From positions 310,001-374,000 of the forward strand of contig OZ025664.1 in the NCBI GenBank assembly GCA_964019335.1: a stretch of DNA of 64,000 nucleotides, given 5' to 3'. Position numbers and translations under genes: made by a program. Below are positions 22,042 to 31,799 of this stretch, piece by piece. A model generated the notes under the pieces. It was not told where the DNA came from. It made no database searches and was given only the letters and a program-made list of their open reading frames with translations. This stretch comes from Diplonema japonicum (Eukaryota; Protista; Euglenozoa: Diplonemea). How positions within the stretch are numbered: the first letter of the stretch is position 1; each line of letters begins with the position of its first letter.

Positions 22042-24497
22042 ATGTCTTGTGAGCACCCACTGCTGGGGATTAGCATCAAGCAGACGTTGAGGGTGAACTT
22101 CAAGAATGCTAGCGAAGCGTATGCAACGAAGAACATGCCTGACGACTTGGAGACGATAGTGAAGGTGGCCGAAGGGCTTGACACTGCTCGAGACGAGACC
22201 GTGTCGTCGATGCAGGGGGCAGACGTAGAACAGGCGGAAGCGAATATATGGAAGTACTACCAGAAGCTGAAGAATTATTCAACACACATCCCTTCTGACG
22301 GCCTTCCATCCTTCCAGTGGACCGACTGCCTGAGCCAAAAGTCCCAGGCTGCAAAGGCAGACTCTGCTGAGCTGGAATTCGCGAGTTTTATCATGAACAT
22401 CGCCTCCCTGCACAGCACCCATGCATCCAACTACAGCATCACGGGGAGACCTCTAATGGAGTCTGCCAAGGAATACCTCCTCTCTGCTGGTATCTACAAG
22501 TACCTCGAGGAGCACATGAGTGACGAGAAAGTCTTCGATCTAAGGAAATCCAACCTCAGTGCCATGCAGGCCCTGATGCTCGCCCTAGCCGCGCACTGCC
22601 TCTATCTCCAAGTTTCGAAGAAGCCCCAACCCGACGCGGCGTCGAAGCTTGCAGTCGATCTCCTCACACACTACACCTCCCTCGAGGCCACCTTCCGTGT
22701 CCTCGAAGGGCTCAACCCAGAGTTCATGGAGTTTATTGTCTTTTTTAAAACTTACTTCGGGATGAAATACTGGATCCACCGTGCGGAGGCAGCAAAGAAG
22801 TTGATCAAGGATAAAGACCCTTATGTGGAGGACAGGCTTGGAATGCTTATTCACGGTTTGCACGCACAAGCCGCGTCACACCTTCCCCTGCCGAGGGATG
22901 TCAGAAAGTACCAGCCCCTTGCCAACGAAATTCTGACGCAGCTTAACGAGGACCTCCGCTACCTCCAAACAGAGAACGACAAGGTGTACCGGGTGCGCGT
23001 GCCGAAAGAGCTGGAAACACCGAAGCTTGTGATAACACAGAAGCTCAACCCCAAAGTCATCGAGATCCCCTCCGACATCCCCGACGAGCTTGCGCAACTT
23101 CCAAATGCAAAGCTCTCTGCTGACTTCAGAGAGTACAAAACGAAGACGCTCTTCCTAGTGGCGGAGACTGACAAGACTACGGAAGCTGCTGTGATAGAAC
23201 TCAGGACGAAACTCTCAACTTTGGAGGCGGTCAGCCTTCTGGCATCGATGCCCAGCAACGAAGGGCCCATCTTGGTATGGATGTACGTGCTTCTCACCCA
23301 CCACAGCCTGAATCCTTGACCAAGAAGCTGCAAGATAACATGGCGTCGACAAGCCTCCGTGACTCCTTCGAAACGATGCAGGCGACGGCGGAACTGTGCT
23401 CGCAGGACCTGACGAAAACCTCTGAACTGGTATGCTCCAAAAGACACTGTTCGCACCTTCCCTGCAGTACAACGACGCCAAAGCAAGCGATGAGAGCGGA
23501 TTCCAAGAGTTCGGTGACAGGTGGTACCTCGGCACTTCGAAGTTTTCGGAACTCCCTGAGGGCTGCTACTTGAAAAAGGTATTATGTAACCCACTCTGCC
23601 AGCACAACACAGACTGCGGCGGAGTACAGTGAAAAGCTCCAGAGCGCAGCGAAGTCGAACGAGGAGATGTCGGTACGGTTGCAACAAGACTTCAGCCTGC
23701 TGGAAAAGAGCATCGTAGAGCACGAGACGTGGGTGTCGAAAGGGGGCAAGCCTGAGGAGCAGGGGGTGGAGTTGTCAGCAGCTCTCGACGAGCTGGCGAC
23801 GCTTGTCAACAACTTTGAGATAGGCTGCACCGACGTGAACGGGGCACTGGCGGAGATGAAATTCGCAGCGGACAGCGAGCTGGAGATCATGACCGAGCTG
23901 ATTATGGCAAGGAACCCTGAGGAAGTCATGAAGCAAAAGGCAGAGGGCCACAAAGAAAGAGCAGAGAGAGTGGCCGGGCGAGTCGTGTCTCTGGGAGCAA
24001 TCATCGAAACAATCAAAGAGAAGGTGATCCCCGTAAAGCAGCAACTAGAGCAGCTAGCCTCAAACGACAAGCGGGAAGCAACAGCTAAGTACATAGCAGA
24101 CCTGGACAAGGCGTGCACAGAATACGCGAACCTGAAATTTGATTTGAAGCAAGGAGTGGAGTTCTACTCGGGGATGTCGGAAGCATGCCGGGCAATGGTG
24201 GAGAGGATGAGGTCCTTCTCAAAGGCAGCGGAGGAACAGTGCACAGAACTCAGGCAGCTCCTTTGTTTGAAGAACAAGAGGCAAACTGCGATGGATGCCG
24301 ATTATGCTTACGCAAGCAAGGTGGCACAGGAGCAGCAGCAGCAGCAGCAGCAGCAAGAACAGGGACAAGTGCCCTCCAACCAGCCTCAAATGTACCCTAG
24401 CAGCGCCCCGTATAACCCCTTTGCTTATGCCACTGCTCCGTCAGCCCCCCCATCTGTCAACCCTTACTTCCAGCAAAACCAGTATGGGAGTCGGTAG
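22042..24497 (+). CDS. BRO1-domain protein (ALIX/Bro1-like, ESCRT)
   Basis: FQWTD..ELEFASFIMNIASL and ENDKVY are BRO1 motifs, followed by a coiled-coil V-domain with LKQGVEFY and a Pro/Gln tail. Introns 23275-23306, 23430-23467 and 23579-23612 join the frames. Confidence 0.85.
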
Positions 24498-25540
24498 GCG
24501 TTTTAGTTTTTTTTCACTCAATTTTAAAAGAAGAGTATTTGTCGCGGTACACCTAGTCCAAAAGAAAAAAAAAAAAAGACAGGAGGATAGGTTTATTTTT
24601 ATTTTTTTAATATTTTTACTTTGTTTTCTGAGAGAAAGGAATGTTTTTTTGATTTTCCTTCTTCTTGTCCCCCTTGCTCCTTGCAAATCTGACCTTTTTT
24701 TTTTTTTATTCAGAACCCCCTCCCTGCTTACTGAAGTTTTATCGATTTTTTTTTGTTTTCCCCTTCTTTTTTGCCGCGGTGAGGAATTACTTGTCTTCTT
24801 TTATATACTACTGTAAATCTCTTAATTTTTTTTCCAGGGAGAAGGACACCCTAAAGAAAAGAGCTTGCTTCTAGAGACGAGTATTATTCGGCCTTCATTT
24901 TGTGATTGTATTTCTACAATCAGAACGAAAGCGAGGCTCCGGGTCTCCAGGTGGGATTTGCCCTTAAGCATCGCCTTAATGTTTTAGGTTCATCGTTTAA
25001 ATTTTTTTCTTTTGCCCTAGCCACTGGCCCCACAGGTTAGCCTATATAAAAGAGGGCCACCCGGAGCGTGCAAATACTAGAGGGAAAAAAGTAGCCTTAA
25101 AAAAGAAACAAAAACACCAAGAAATATTCCTCTTTTAATATACTCTTTTCTTCCCGGACAAAATTAAGAGACTTACAGTTTTCGTTACTCTCTTTTTTTT
25201 TTTTTTTTTTTTTTTTTGTTTATCTCAAATCTGTGAAGTGTTCAAGGCCACCTCCGCCCGAGCGTAAGAATGCGAGCAACGGCCTTCCATGTAGTAGTTT
25301 CTTTTGTATAAAAGAACACAAGGTGTGTCTGCAACTCGTAAGGAAAGCACTACAAAAAAACGGGAATAAGAAAACTTACAAACAATTTTAAGCATGGAGG
25401 AAGTTCCTTTTCCACACGTTTTTTTTTTTTTTTTTTTTTTCTTCTTTGTGGCTGGCAAAAATTTTCCCCGCAGCGACCCTGTTGCTTTTTCTTCACCGAA
25501 TACATCATTTCAGGAGAAGGGGGAGGAACCAAAAAACAAA

Positions 25541-26188
25541 ATGAAGGTTTTGGTCGAAGCAGTTATAGACGTGGTGTGCCCTTGGTGCTGCCTGGGGGTC
25601 GGTGTGCTCAAGGAAGCCATGGCGGTGATGGAAGAAAAAGAAGGGATGGAGTTCGAGGTGAAATTCCTACCGTGGGTGCTGGGGAAGAAGACGATAGAAA
25701 AAAGGGAAATGTACAAAAAAAGAATGGGCGAGACACGCATGGCGGCCATGGAGACAGAGCTCACAAAGCAATTCGCCAAGTTAGGCATGGGGTTCACCCT
25801 AGATGGTGTGTTCGGGTCCAGTCGGGACGCGCACATCCTAGCAGCACATGCCCCAGACCCTGATGCTTTTTATACCGACCTCTTCAAGAAGTACTTTGAG
25901 GAGGGCTGTGATATCGCGTTACACACTACGCTTGTGCCTCTTGCGTTGAGCCACAACATCGGCTCTCCTGAGGCACTCCTCTCCGAACCTGCCCAGGCTG
26001 CACGTCTCGACTCCCTCCTCTCCGCATCTCACGAGCTCCTCTCCCCCTTTGCTTCCGGTGTCCCGTTCTTCTTTTTCACCGAACGCAGCACGGGTGTCAA
26101 ACAAGCCATCCCTGGCGCACAGGACCTCGACATCTTCCTCAATACCCTCAGAAGGTTGAAACACAAAAGCTTGAACGCAAAGATCTAG
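25541..26188 (+). CDS. DsbA family oxidoreductase (FrnE/GST-kappa-like)
   Basis: Motifs DVVCPWC, SGVPFF and IPGAQ. The C-terminal AKI could be a PTS1-like signal (weak). Confidence 0.85.
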   Translation: MKVLVEAVIDVVCPWCCLGVGVLKEAMAVMEEKEGMEFEVKFLPWVLGKKTIEKREMYKKRMGETRMAAMETELTKQFAKLGMGFTLDGVFGSSRDAHILAAHAPDPDAFYTDLFKKYFEEGCDIALHTTLVPLALSHNIGSPEALLSEPAQAARLDSLLSASHELLSPFASGVPFFFFTERSTGVKQAIPGAQDLDIFLNTLRRLKHKSLNAKI

Positions 26189-26320
26189 ATATTAAAAAAG
26201 AGAGAGAGAGAGAGTGAAGGAAACGCTTACTGCACATACCATGGGGTAAGAATGAAAAAACAAAAAAAAGATTCTTTTTTTTTTTTAAGAAATTCACCCG
26301 CACTCGTGTTATTCAGGTAA

Positions 26321-27154
26321 ATGGGATGCTGCGGTTCCTCCGAGCCCCGTGACAACAAGTCCCTTCCCCGACCTGTTAAGGAGAAGAGGCAGAATGTGCT
26401 GGTGCCGGTTCTTGTGGGAAAACTACCGCCTGAGCCGATCGATGCGAAGGATGGCAGCGAAAAGGTAAACTTGCAGAACAGCGGGCGCAGCACGAGAGTG
26501 AAGGACACACCCGAACACAGGGTATTCACCGATACAGGGAGCGGAACAGGCGGGGGCACTCGTAGTCTTGTGTTGGAAGAGAGTAGAAAAGAGTTTAGCA
26601 TCAAACATGTGAACCCTTTGGAGGGCCCAGAGGACATCAATGACGATGAAGAATTGAAAATACCGGAAAGCGAAGGGAAAATAGATCAGGAGGTGAGCGA
26701 TGGACGCGAGGAAATAGAAGAAGAAGAAGTAGAAGTAGAAGAGGAATGTCGCGATGAAGAATCGGAGCAAAAAGAAGACGAGGACGAGGAGGTGCCAGAG
26801 GAGGAAGTAAAAAAAGAAGAAGTGAAGGAAGAACTGCCCCTCCCCCGGATGACTAGCAGCGAGAGAAGGAATCTATTCTTCGGTGAGATTCGCTCTCTTG
26901 AAAGCGAGGAGGAAAGGAACCAAGCTGAACTAGACCCCAAGCAGCCCCTCCTTCACGACTCGAAGACTCTTGGTTTTCGTGCTACCAAGCCAGTACCTAA
27001 GCGGTCACGTAAACGGCCTACAATGTTGTGGATTATGGAGGACATGGGCATACCTGTGGCTCCTGACATGAAAGAGCGTCTGGAGGCCGTGGAGGCCATC
27101 GAAGCAGCTAAACCAAAGCAACCTAAAAAGAAAAAGAAACAAGTTTCTGTATAG
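26321..27154 (+). CDS. Hypothetical acidic protein with N-terminal dual-acylation motif
   Basis: MGCCGS start (myristoylation/palmitoylation consensus) and a Glu-rich middle. Confidence 0.75.
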   Translation: MGCCGSSEPRDNKSLPRPVKEKRQNVLVPVLVGKLPPEPIDAKDGSEKVNLQNSGRSTRVKDTPEHRVFTDTGSGTGGGTRSLVLEESRKEFSIKHVNPLEGPEDINDDEELKIPESEGKIDQEVSDGREEIEEEEVEVEEECRDEESEQKEDEDEEVPEEEVKKEEVKEELPLPRMTSSERRNLFFGEIRSLESEEERNQAELDPKQPLLHDSKTLGFRATKPVPKRSRKRPTMLWIMEDMGIPVAPDMKERLEAVEAIEAAKPKQPKKKKKQVSV

Positions 27155-27467
27155 ATTGCCATATTTTCTTCTTCTTTTTTTTTTTTTTTTTTTTTTTTTT
27201 TGGTTGAACACGATGAAAATAAAATAAAAATTAAAATGTTGTTCTAAAAAAAAAAAAAAAAGAGCGGGTGGTAGAGCATTTGTTGGGCTTGTCTTTCTAC
27301 TCCCGGCTGTGCACAAAACAACAATCAAACTGTACTCTTTTTCTCTTTTTTTTCCCCCGGGGGGTGATGACTCGTCCGTCCTGCACGAATTTCCTCCCCT
27401 TGCTGCCCAATTTCTTCTTTTTTTTTCATTCTCCCCTTTCCTAGTTTTTTTTTTTTTATTATTACCT

Positions 27468-27633
27468 TATGCAACTACTTGTGTGCCGAGAGAAAAAAAA
27501 AGGGGAAGGAAAAAAAAAAAAAATTTAGCAATTTTCTAAAAGTTTTTTTTTTTTCCCCTACTCGTGCGAACAACAAAAGCATAAGTCGTAAAGAATTTAT
27601 TTTTACTTTTCTCCTTGATACTGATGATCAGAC
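27468..27633 (+). repeat. Bulged-C hairpin family, copy 2
   Basis: Sequence tatgcaact..gtgccgag..agggg/cccct..ctcgtgcgaacaacaaaagcataagtcgtaaagaatt. Confidence 0.6.
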
Positions 27634-27817
27634 CCTAGTTTTTTTTTTCAAAAAAAAAAAAAGAAAATGTACTTTTAATCCTGCGGAAAGGAAGGGAGGA
27701 ACGGGGGAAAGGATTCCCCCCCCCCCCCCCCCTCCATTCCTTTTTGAGTTATACAGTCCACCCCCATCCTTTACTTTTTACTTTGTCACATTGAGAAGAA
27801 AAATAAAAAGGGAGGCG

Positions 27818-28873
27818 ATGGCAACAACACTAAGAATGGTGTTGAGGGGGCTCTGCATGTGTGGTGAGGTCAAGGCGGTGCAGAACGGGTGGGAAGGAGC
27901 GACGAAAGAATGGAAGGGCAAAACCTTCTGCGGGAATTGCGGGGAGACAGTGTCCATTAAATGCCAGCCAAACCCCGAAGAGAGAAGGGCAACCGACATT
28001 TTACACAAGCTGGCCCCATCCATGGACGGGACAAGACACAAAGGCCAAAACGGGAGAATTGGCATCATCGGAGGCTCCGAGATCTACACAGGCGCCCCGT
28101 ACTTTTCAGCCATGGCCGCGCTACGCGTGGGCGCTGAACTTGCATACGTCCTTACGGCACGTGAAGCAACATTACCAATCAAATCCTACTCACCAGAACT
28201 GATGGTAACACCCCTTTACCGGACAGACGACATTCATTCTGAAGTGGAACAACAAAATATTGTGGAAGTCATTACTAATCTCGCCCCACGGTTCCATTCA
28301 GCCGTCCTTGGCCCGGGGCTTGGTACCAACCCCCACCTTGCAAGCCCACTTGCTAAGGGGTTGCGGGTGTTGGGGTCAACGCCGCTTGTAATCGATGCTG
28401 ACGGGCTGCGTATTCTCAGCAAGGCGCCGCGTATGATATGCGGTCTTCATAATGTAGTCCTCACTCCCAACGCAAGGGAGATATACTTGTTCTTCCCTGA
28501 AGGGGAAACAAGGGACACTAGAACCCTCGCAGAAGAGCTCGCCAGGCGCTTCAACGTTACGGTTGTCCTGAAAGGCAAACACGACGTGATCACCAACGGG
28601 ACAGAAACCATGCTGTGCACGCTGCCAGGGTGCCCGCGTCGTGTGGGTGGTCTGGGTGACTTCCTCTCCGGGACAATAGGTGTGCTGCTCGGATGGCGTG
28701 CTGCCGAGTCCGTCACAGATGTCACTGTACCTGAAGCATGTCACGCTGCGTGCTCCTTAGTACGCAAAGCGGCAGAGCTTGCATTCGAAGCAAAACACCG
28801 TTCGATGTCCACCGTCGACGTAATGGACATGATAGGCACCGCGTCGCATCAATTGTTTCCCGCGAGGTTGTAG
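27818..28873 (+). CDS. NAXD: NAD(P)H-hydrate dehydratase (YjeF C-terminal family) with N-terminal Cys-rich extension
   Basis: Motifs HKGQNGRIGIIGGSEIYTGAPYF, IKSYSPELMV, GPGLG, VIDADGL, LTPNARE and RRVGGLGD. Confidence 0.92.
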   Translation: MATTLRMVLRGLCMCGEVKAVQNGWEGATKEWKGKTFCGNCGETVSIKCQPNPEERRATDILHKLAPSMDGTRHKGQNGRIGIIGGSEIYTGAPYFSAMAALRVGAELAYVLTAREATLPIKSYSPELMVTPLYRTDDIHSEVEQQNIVEVITNLAPRFHSAVLGPGLGTNPHLASPLAKGLRVLGSTPLVIDADGLRILSKAPRMICGLHNVVLTPNAREIYLFFPEGETRDTRTLAEELARRFNVTVVLKGKHDVITNGTETMLCTLPGCPRRVGGLGDFLSGTIGVLLGWRAAESVTDVTVPEACHAACSLVRKAAELAFEAKHRSMSTVDVMDMIGTASHQLFPARL

Positions 28874-28953
28874 AGCCTTTTTTTCCCCCCCTCTTTTTTT
28901 TCATTTCGTAAAGCAAAATTTTCTCTTTACAGGAAAAAAAAAAAGTGACATGA

Positions 28954-31056
28954 ATGGAAGAGCTCAGCGGAGGAGGTCTGCTTGAGAAGCTCTTCTGGGA
29001 AACCACCGAGAAGGCGAACAATGTGATATTCCTGCACCCACAACTGGCACTGTGTGGGTTGGTGCATTCTGTGGACGAAAAGGAAATGATGTTTGGGTAC
29101 TCGCACGTGCCGAGTATGCGTAATCTGATCTTGCTGGCAGCGCACGCCTTTGGCAGAGCTGGAAGATCGCAAGCCGTGGTGATGATGGGGGATTGGACCC
29201 CCACGCTGGTACAGTCACTGGTTGCCTCGATTCATGACGCTCTGTCAGAAGGAGTGCCTTTGAGATGGTCGCATCCAAGGGAGGTTACGAGACTGCAGTC
29301 CACGCTGCACCTGCTGCTCCTCTTCACCACCCTGTCAGGGAAGTACTCCATGGCAGGGCTGTCTATCCTGCTTGCCACGGGGCACAGCGGCGCTGTTGAT
29401 GTCAGCGTCTCCACCATATGGCTGTATCCCGGCTTCCTCACAACACTCAAGAAGCACAATGAAATGGGCTTCATCTTCAACATACCAATCTTCCAGCATT
29501 TAATGGCCGCTCCGCGGCAGCTTCTTGAAGCCTTCCTTCCCGCCACCTTCTTAGCCAACTACGGCAGCCTTGAAGACAAAGGCAAGTGGTTTGAGTTCGT
29601 AGATATGTTCTCTGGGCTTGGATTCACTGACCTGCAGATTGTCCTTGAGGGTGTTCTGCAGGCGGTGTCTCTCACGTTGCTGCTGCTCGACACCACCTTT
29701 GAGCAGGGCAACCAAAGGATGCTCAGCAACATCACAGCGATGTGCGAGCTGTTGGACTGTTCTATGCCTGCTTTGATACAAGGCCTGAAGCCCTCCCTCG
29801 ACTCCAAAGGTGTGGTGGGCAATGGTTTACCTGAAGCTGTGTACCTGCATGTTGTTGACTGGGTGTGCGGGTGCAGCGGTGGTGAGCTCAAGCGGTTCAA
29901 GCTTCCGCAGTGGCCATTCACCGTTGATGACCTTGGCCCAAGGGCGAGGAGGGACGGCAGGAGTGGTGTATCGGTTGTTGTGATGCCGCAGGCGTCGCCG
30001 TCCTTTGGTCCCAAAGGGTCCATCCCTGACTGTCTTGCTTCATGTGTCTTGCTGGCCAACATTGCCGCAGAACACCTGAATGTGTGGGCCGCGAAAACCC
30101 TTCTCCCAGAGACCCAGAAGGCCACCTGCTGTGCCCTCATACACGAGTTCATGACGCCGACATCGAAGGACAACCCGAAGACGTACCTTGAGACATGTCT
30201 CTCTGCAGGGGCTGTCCCAAGAACAAGCAGATCCCTTGTCAAGCCCATGCCCACATACCTCTCTGTCGCGCATACGCACAAAACAGTGAACTACCCGGTG
30301 CTACCTTTAGAAAAGGGGTCAACCGAGAAGTTTCTCTTCGGTCTGGCGGAGTTTTTGGCGCCGCTCCTGGCGGCTGATGCCTTGTTCACCCATCAGGTGC
30401 CGGTGTACATATCGTCCAACGCTGGGGTGCCTAGGCTGTTCCCCGCGTTGGAGAAGGTTTCAGAAGAGAGCATCGAAAACTCTGTGTTCTTGTCTGCCGC
30501 AAGGCAGCTGTTCGTGTCGACTGTAGGGAAGACTGCGACGAAGAAGGGTCAGCGGAAGGAGGAGGTGTGCGCGCAGATAACGGAGCTGCAGAAGGAGCTT
30601 GAGAAGCTTGATATAATAGAAGAACGAGAACCGAAAGAAACAGTGCGGCACCACTCCACGCCTGAGAGCAAGAAGACAAGGAGGAAGAGCGTGTTGATTG
30701 CGGAGTCACCTGTGTCGCCAGCTCCGACAAGCTCCTCCCCGTCACCGAAGAAAGGCAACCCCCTTGAAGGGTCTCTCTCGCAAATGGTGCACCTCACCAA
30801 AAGCTTCCGCTTGCGGAAGGAACGGTCCCACACACCAGCATCCCCTCCCCCGCAGCCACAGCCACTTCCCCACCCACAGCCGCAGACTACCCGGTCTAAA
30901 AAGCCCTCGGTCCGCCCACCCCTCACAACACTAAAAAGCCACAATCAGGAGGCAAGATCGCCTTACTCAGCAACACCACAACCCAGCCCACAGCCCGCCT
31001 CCTTCACCAGAAGCAACTGGAAACACATGTTGGCGAACATGGTCGAAAACCAATAG
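28954..31056 (+). CDS. Highly divergent myosin-motor-like protein lacking P-loop consensus
   Basis: Colinear remnants of myosin motifs (see findings) followed by a coiled-coil and a Pro/Ser tail. Confidence 0.6.
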   Translation: MEELSGGGLLEKLFWETTEKANNVIFLHPQLALCGLVHSVDEKEMMFGYSHVPSMRNLILLAAHAFGRAGRSQAVVMMGDWTPTLVQSLVASIHDALSEGVPLRWSHPREVTRLQSTLHLLLLFTTLSGKYSMAGLSILLATGHSGAVDVSVSTIWLYPGFLTTLKKHNEMGFIFNIPIFQHLMAAPRQLLEAFLPATFLANYGSLEDKGKWFEFVDMFSGLGFTDLQIVLEGVLQAVSLTLLLLDTTFEQGNQRMLSNITAMCELLDCSMPALIQGLKPSLDSKGVVGNGLPEAVYLHVVDWVCGCSGGELKRFKLPQWPFTVDDLGPRARRDGRSGVSVVVMPQASPSFGPKGSIPDCLASCVLLANIAAEHLNVWAAKTLLPETQKATCCALIHEFMTPTSKDNPKTYLETCLSAGAVPRTSRSLVKPMPTYLSVAHTHKTVNYPVLPLEKGSTEKFLFGLAEFLAPLLAADALFTHQVPVYISSNAGVPRLFPALEKVSEESIENSVFLSAARQLFVSTVGKTATKKGQRKEEVCAQITELQKELEKLDIIEEREPKETVRHHSTPESKKTRRKSVLIAESPVSPAPTSSSPSPKKGNPLEGSLSQMVHLTKSFRLRKERSHTPASPPPQPQPLPHPQPQTTRSKKPSVRPPLTTLKSHNQEARSPYSATPQPSPQPASFTRSNWKHMLANMVENQ

Positions 31057-31321
31057 AGTAGATGCATAGATCTTTTTTTCTTCCCCCACCCCCCTTTCCC
31101 CCCTTTAGACGCCGACCTCCTTTAAAAATCCCTTTAAACGCACCGAGAGTTGATGTATCAAAAAGAGGAAAAATCTGAGGCGAAAGCGAAAAAATATAAA
31201 AAAGAAAACTGTGCGTTATTCACACTGGCGGGTGTGAGGTGAAGAGGGGGGAATGTTTTATCTTTTTTTTATCCCCCCTAGCGTTCCCTTTGTTTTTTTT
31301 TTCTGTTTTTTTTTTTTTTTG

Positions 31322-31647
31322 GGTGGTGGGGATAGCATGGAAATATAAGAAGTACATCAGATGTGTTGTTCGCTGTTGACCTCCACGTCGGTCATCACCG
31401 GTAGCGCCCGAGTGGAAGAACGTATCGCAGATGCTCAGGGTGACGAACAGGCAGCAAACTGCACAAGCGCAGAATCTTGGTTACCCGGGACGCCCCGGCT
31501 AGGGTTGAGCACACCGCATGCATTAAGGACACGACGCGGAACGCAGAAGAAGCTACTGCTCGGCCGTGGAGCGCCCCCGTAATCAAGTAGGTATTTCGTG
31601 CTTCGTTGCACGCTTAACGCCACCTCGTGTTGCAATCAAAGCCCCCC
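31322..31647. mobile_element. SINE-like repeat, copy 3 (more diverged)
   Basis: Same sequence as copies 1-2 with scattered substitutions and T-runs on both sides. Confidence 0.8.
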
Positions 31648-31799
31648 TTTTTTTTTTCTCCTTCTTTTCTCGTCCCGACTACGTTTTTGAATGTAGCAGC
31701 ATTTTCCCCCCTTATCCCCTAAGTAGCAATGCCTTCCGTCTTAAAAATCAAACACAAAAAAAAAGGCAACACCCAATAAAAAAAAAAAAAAAAAAAAAA

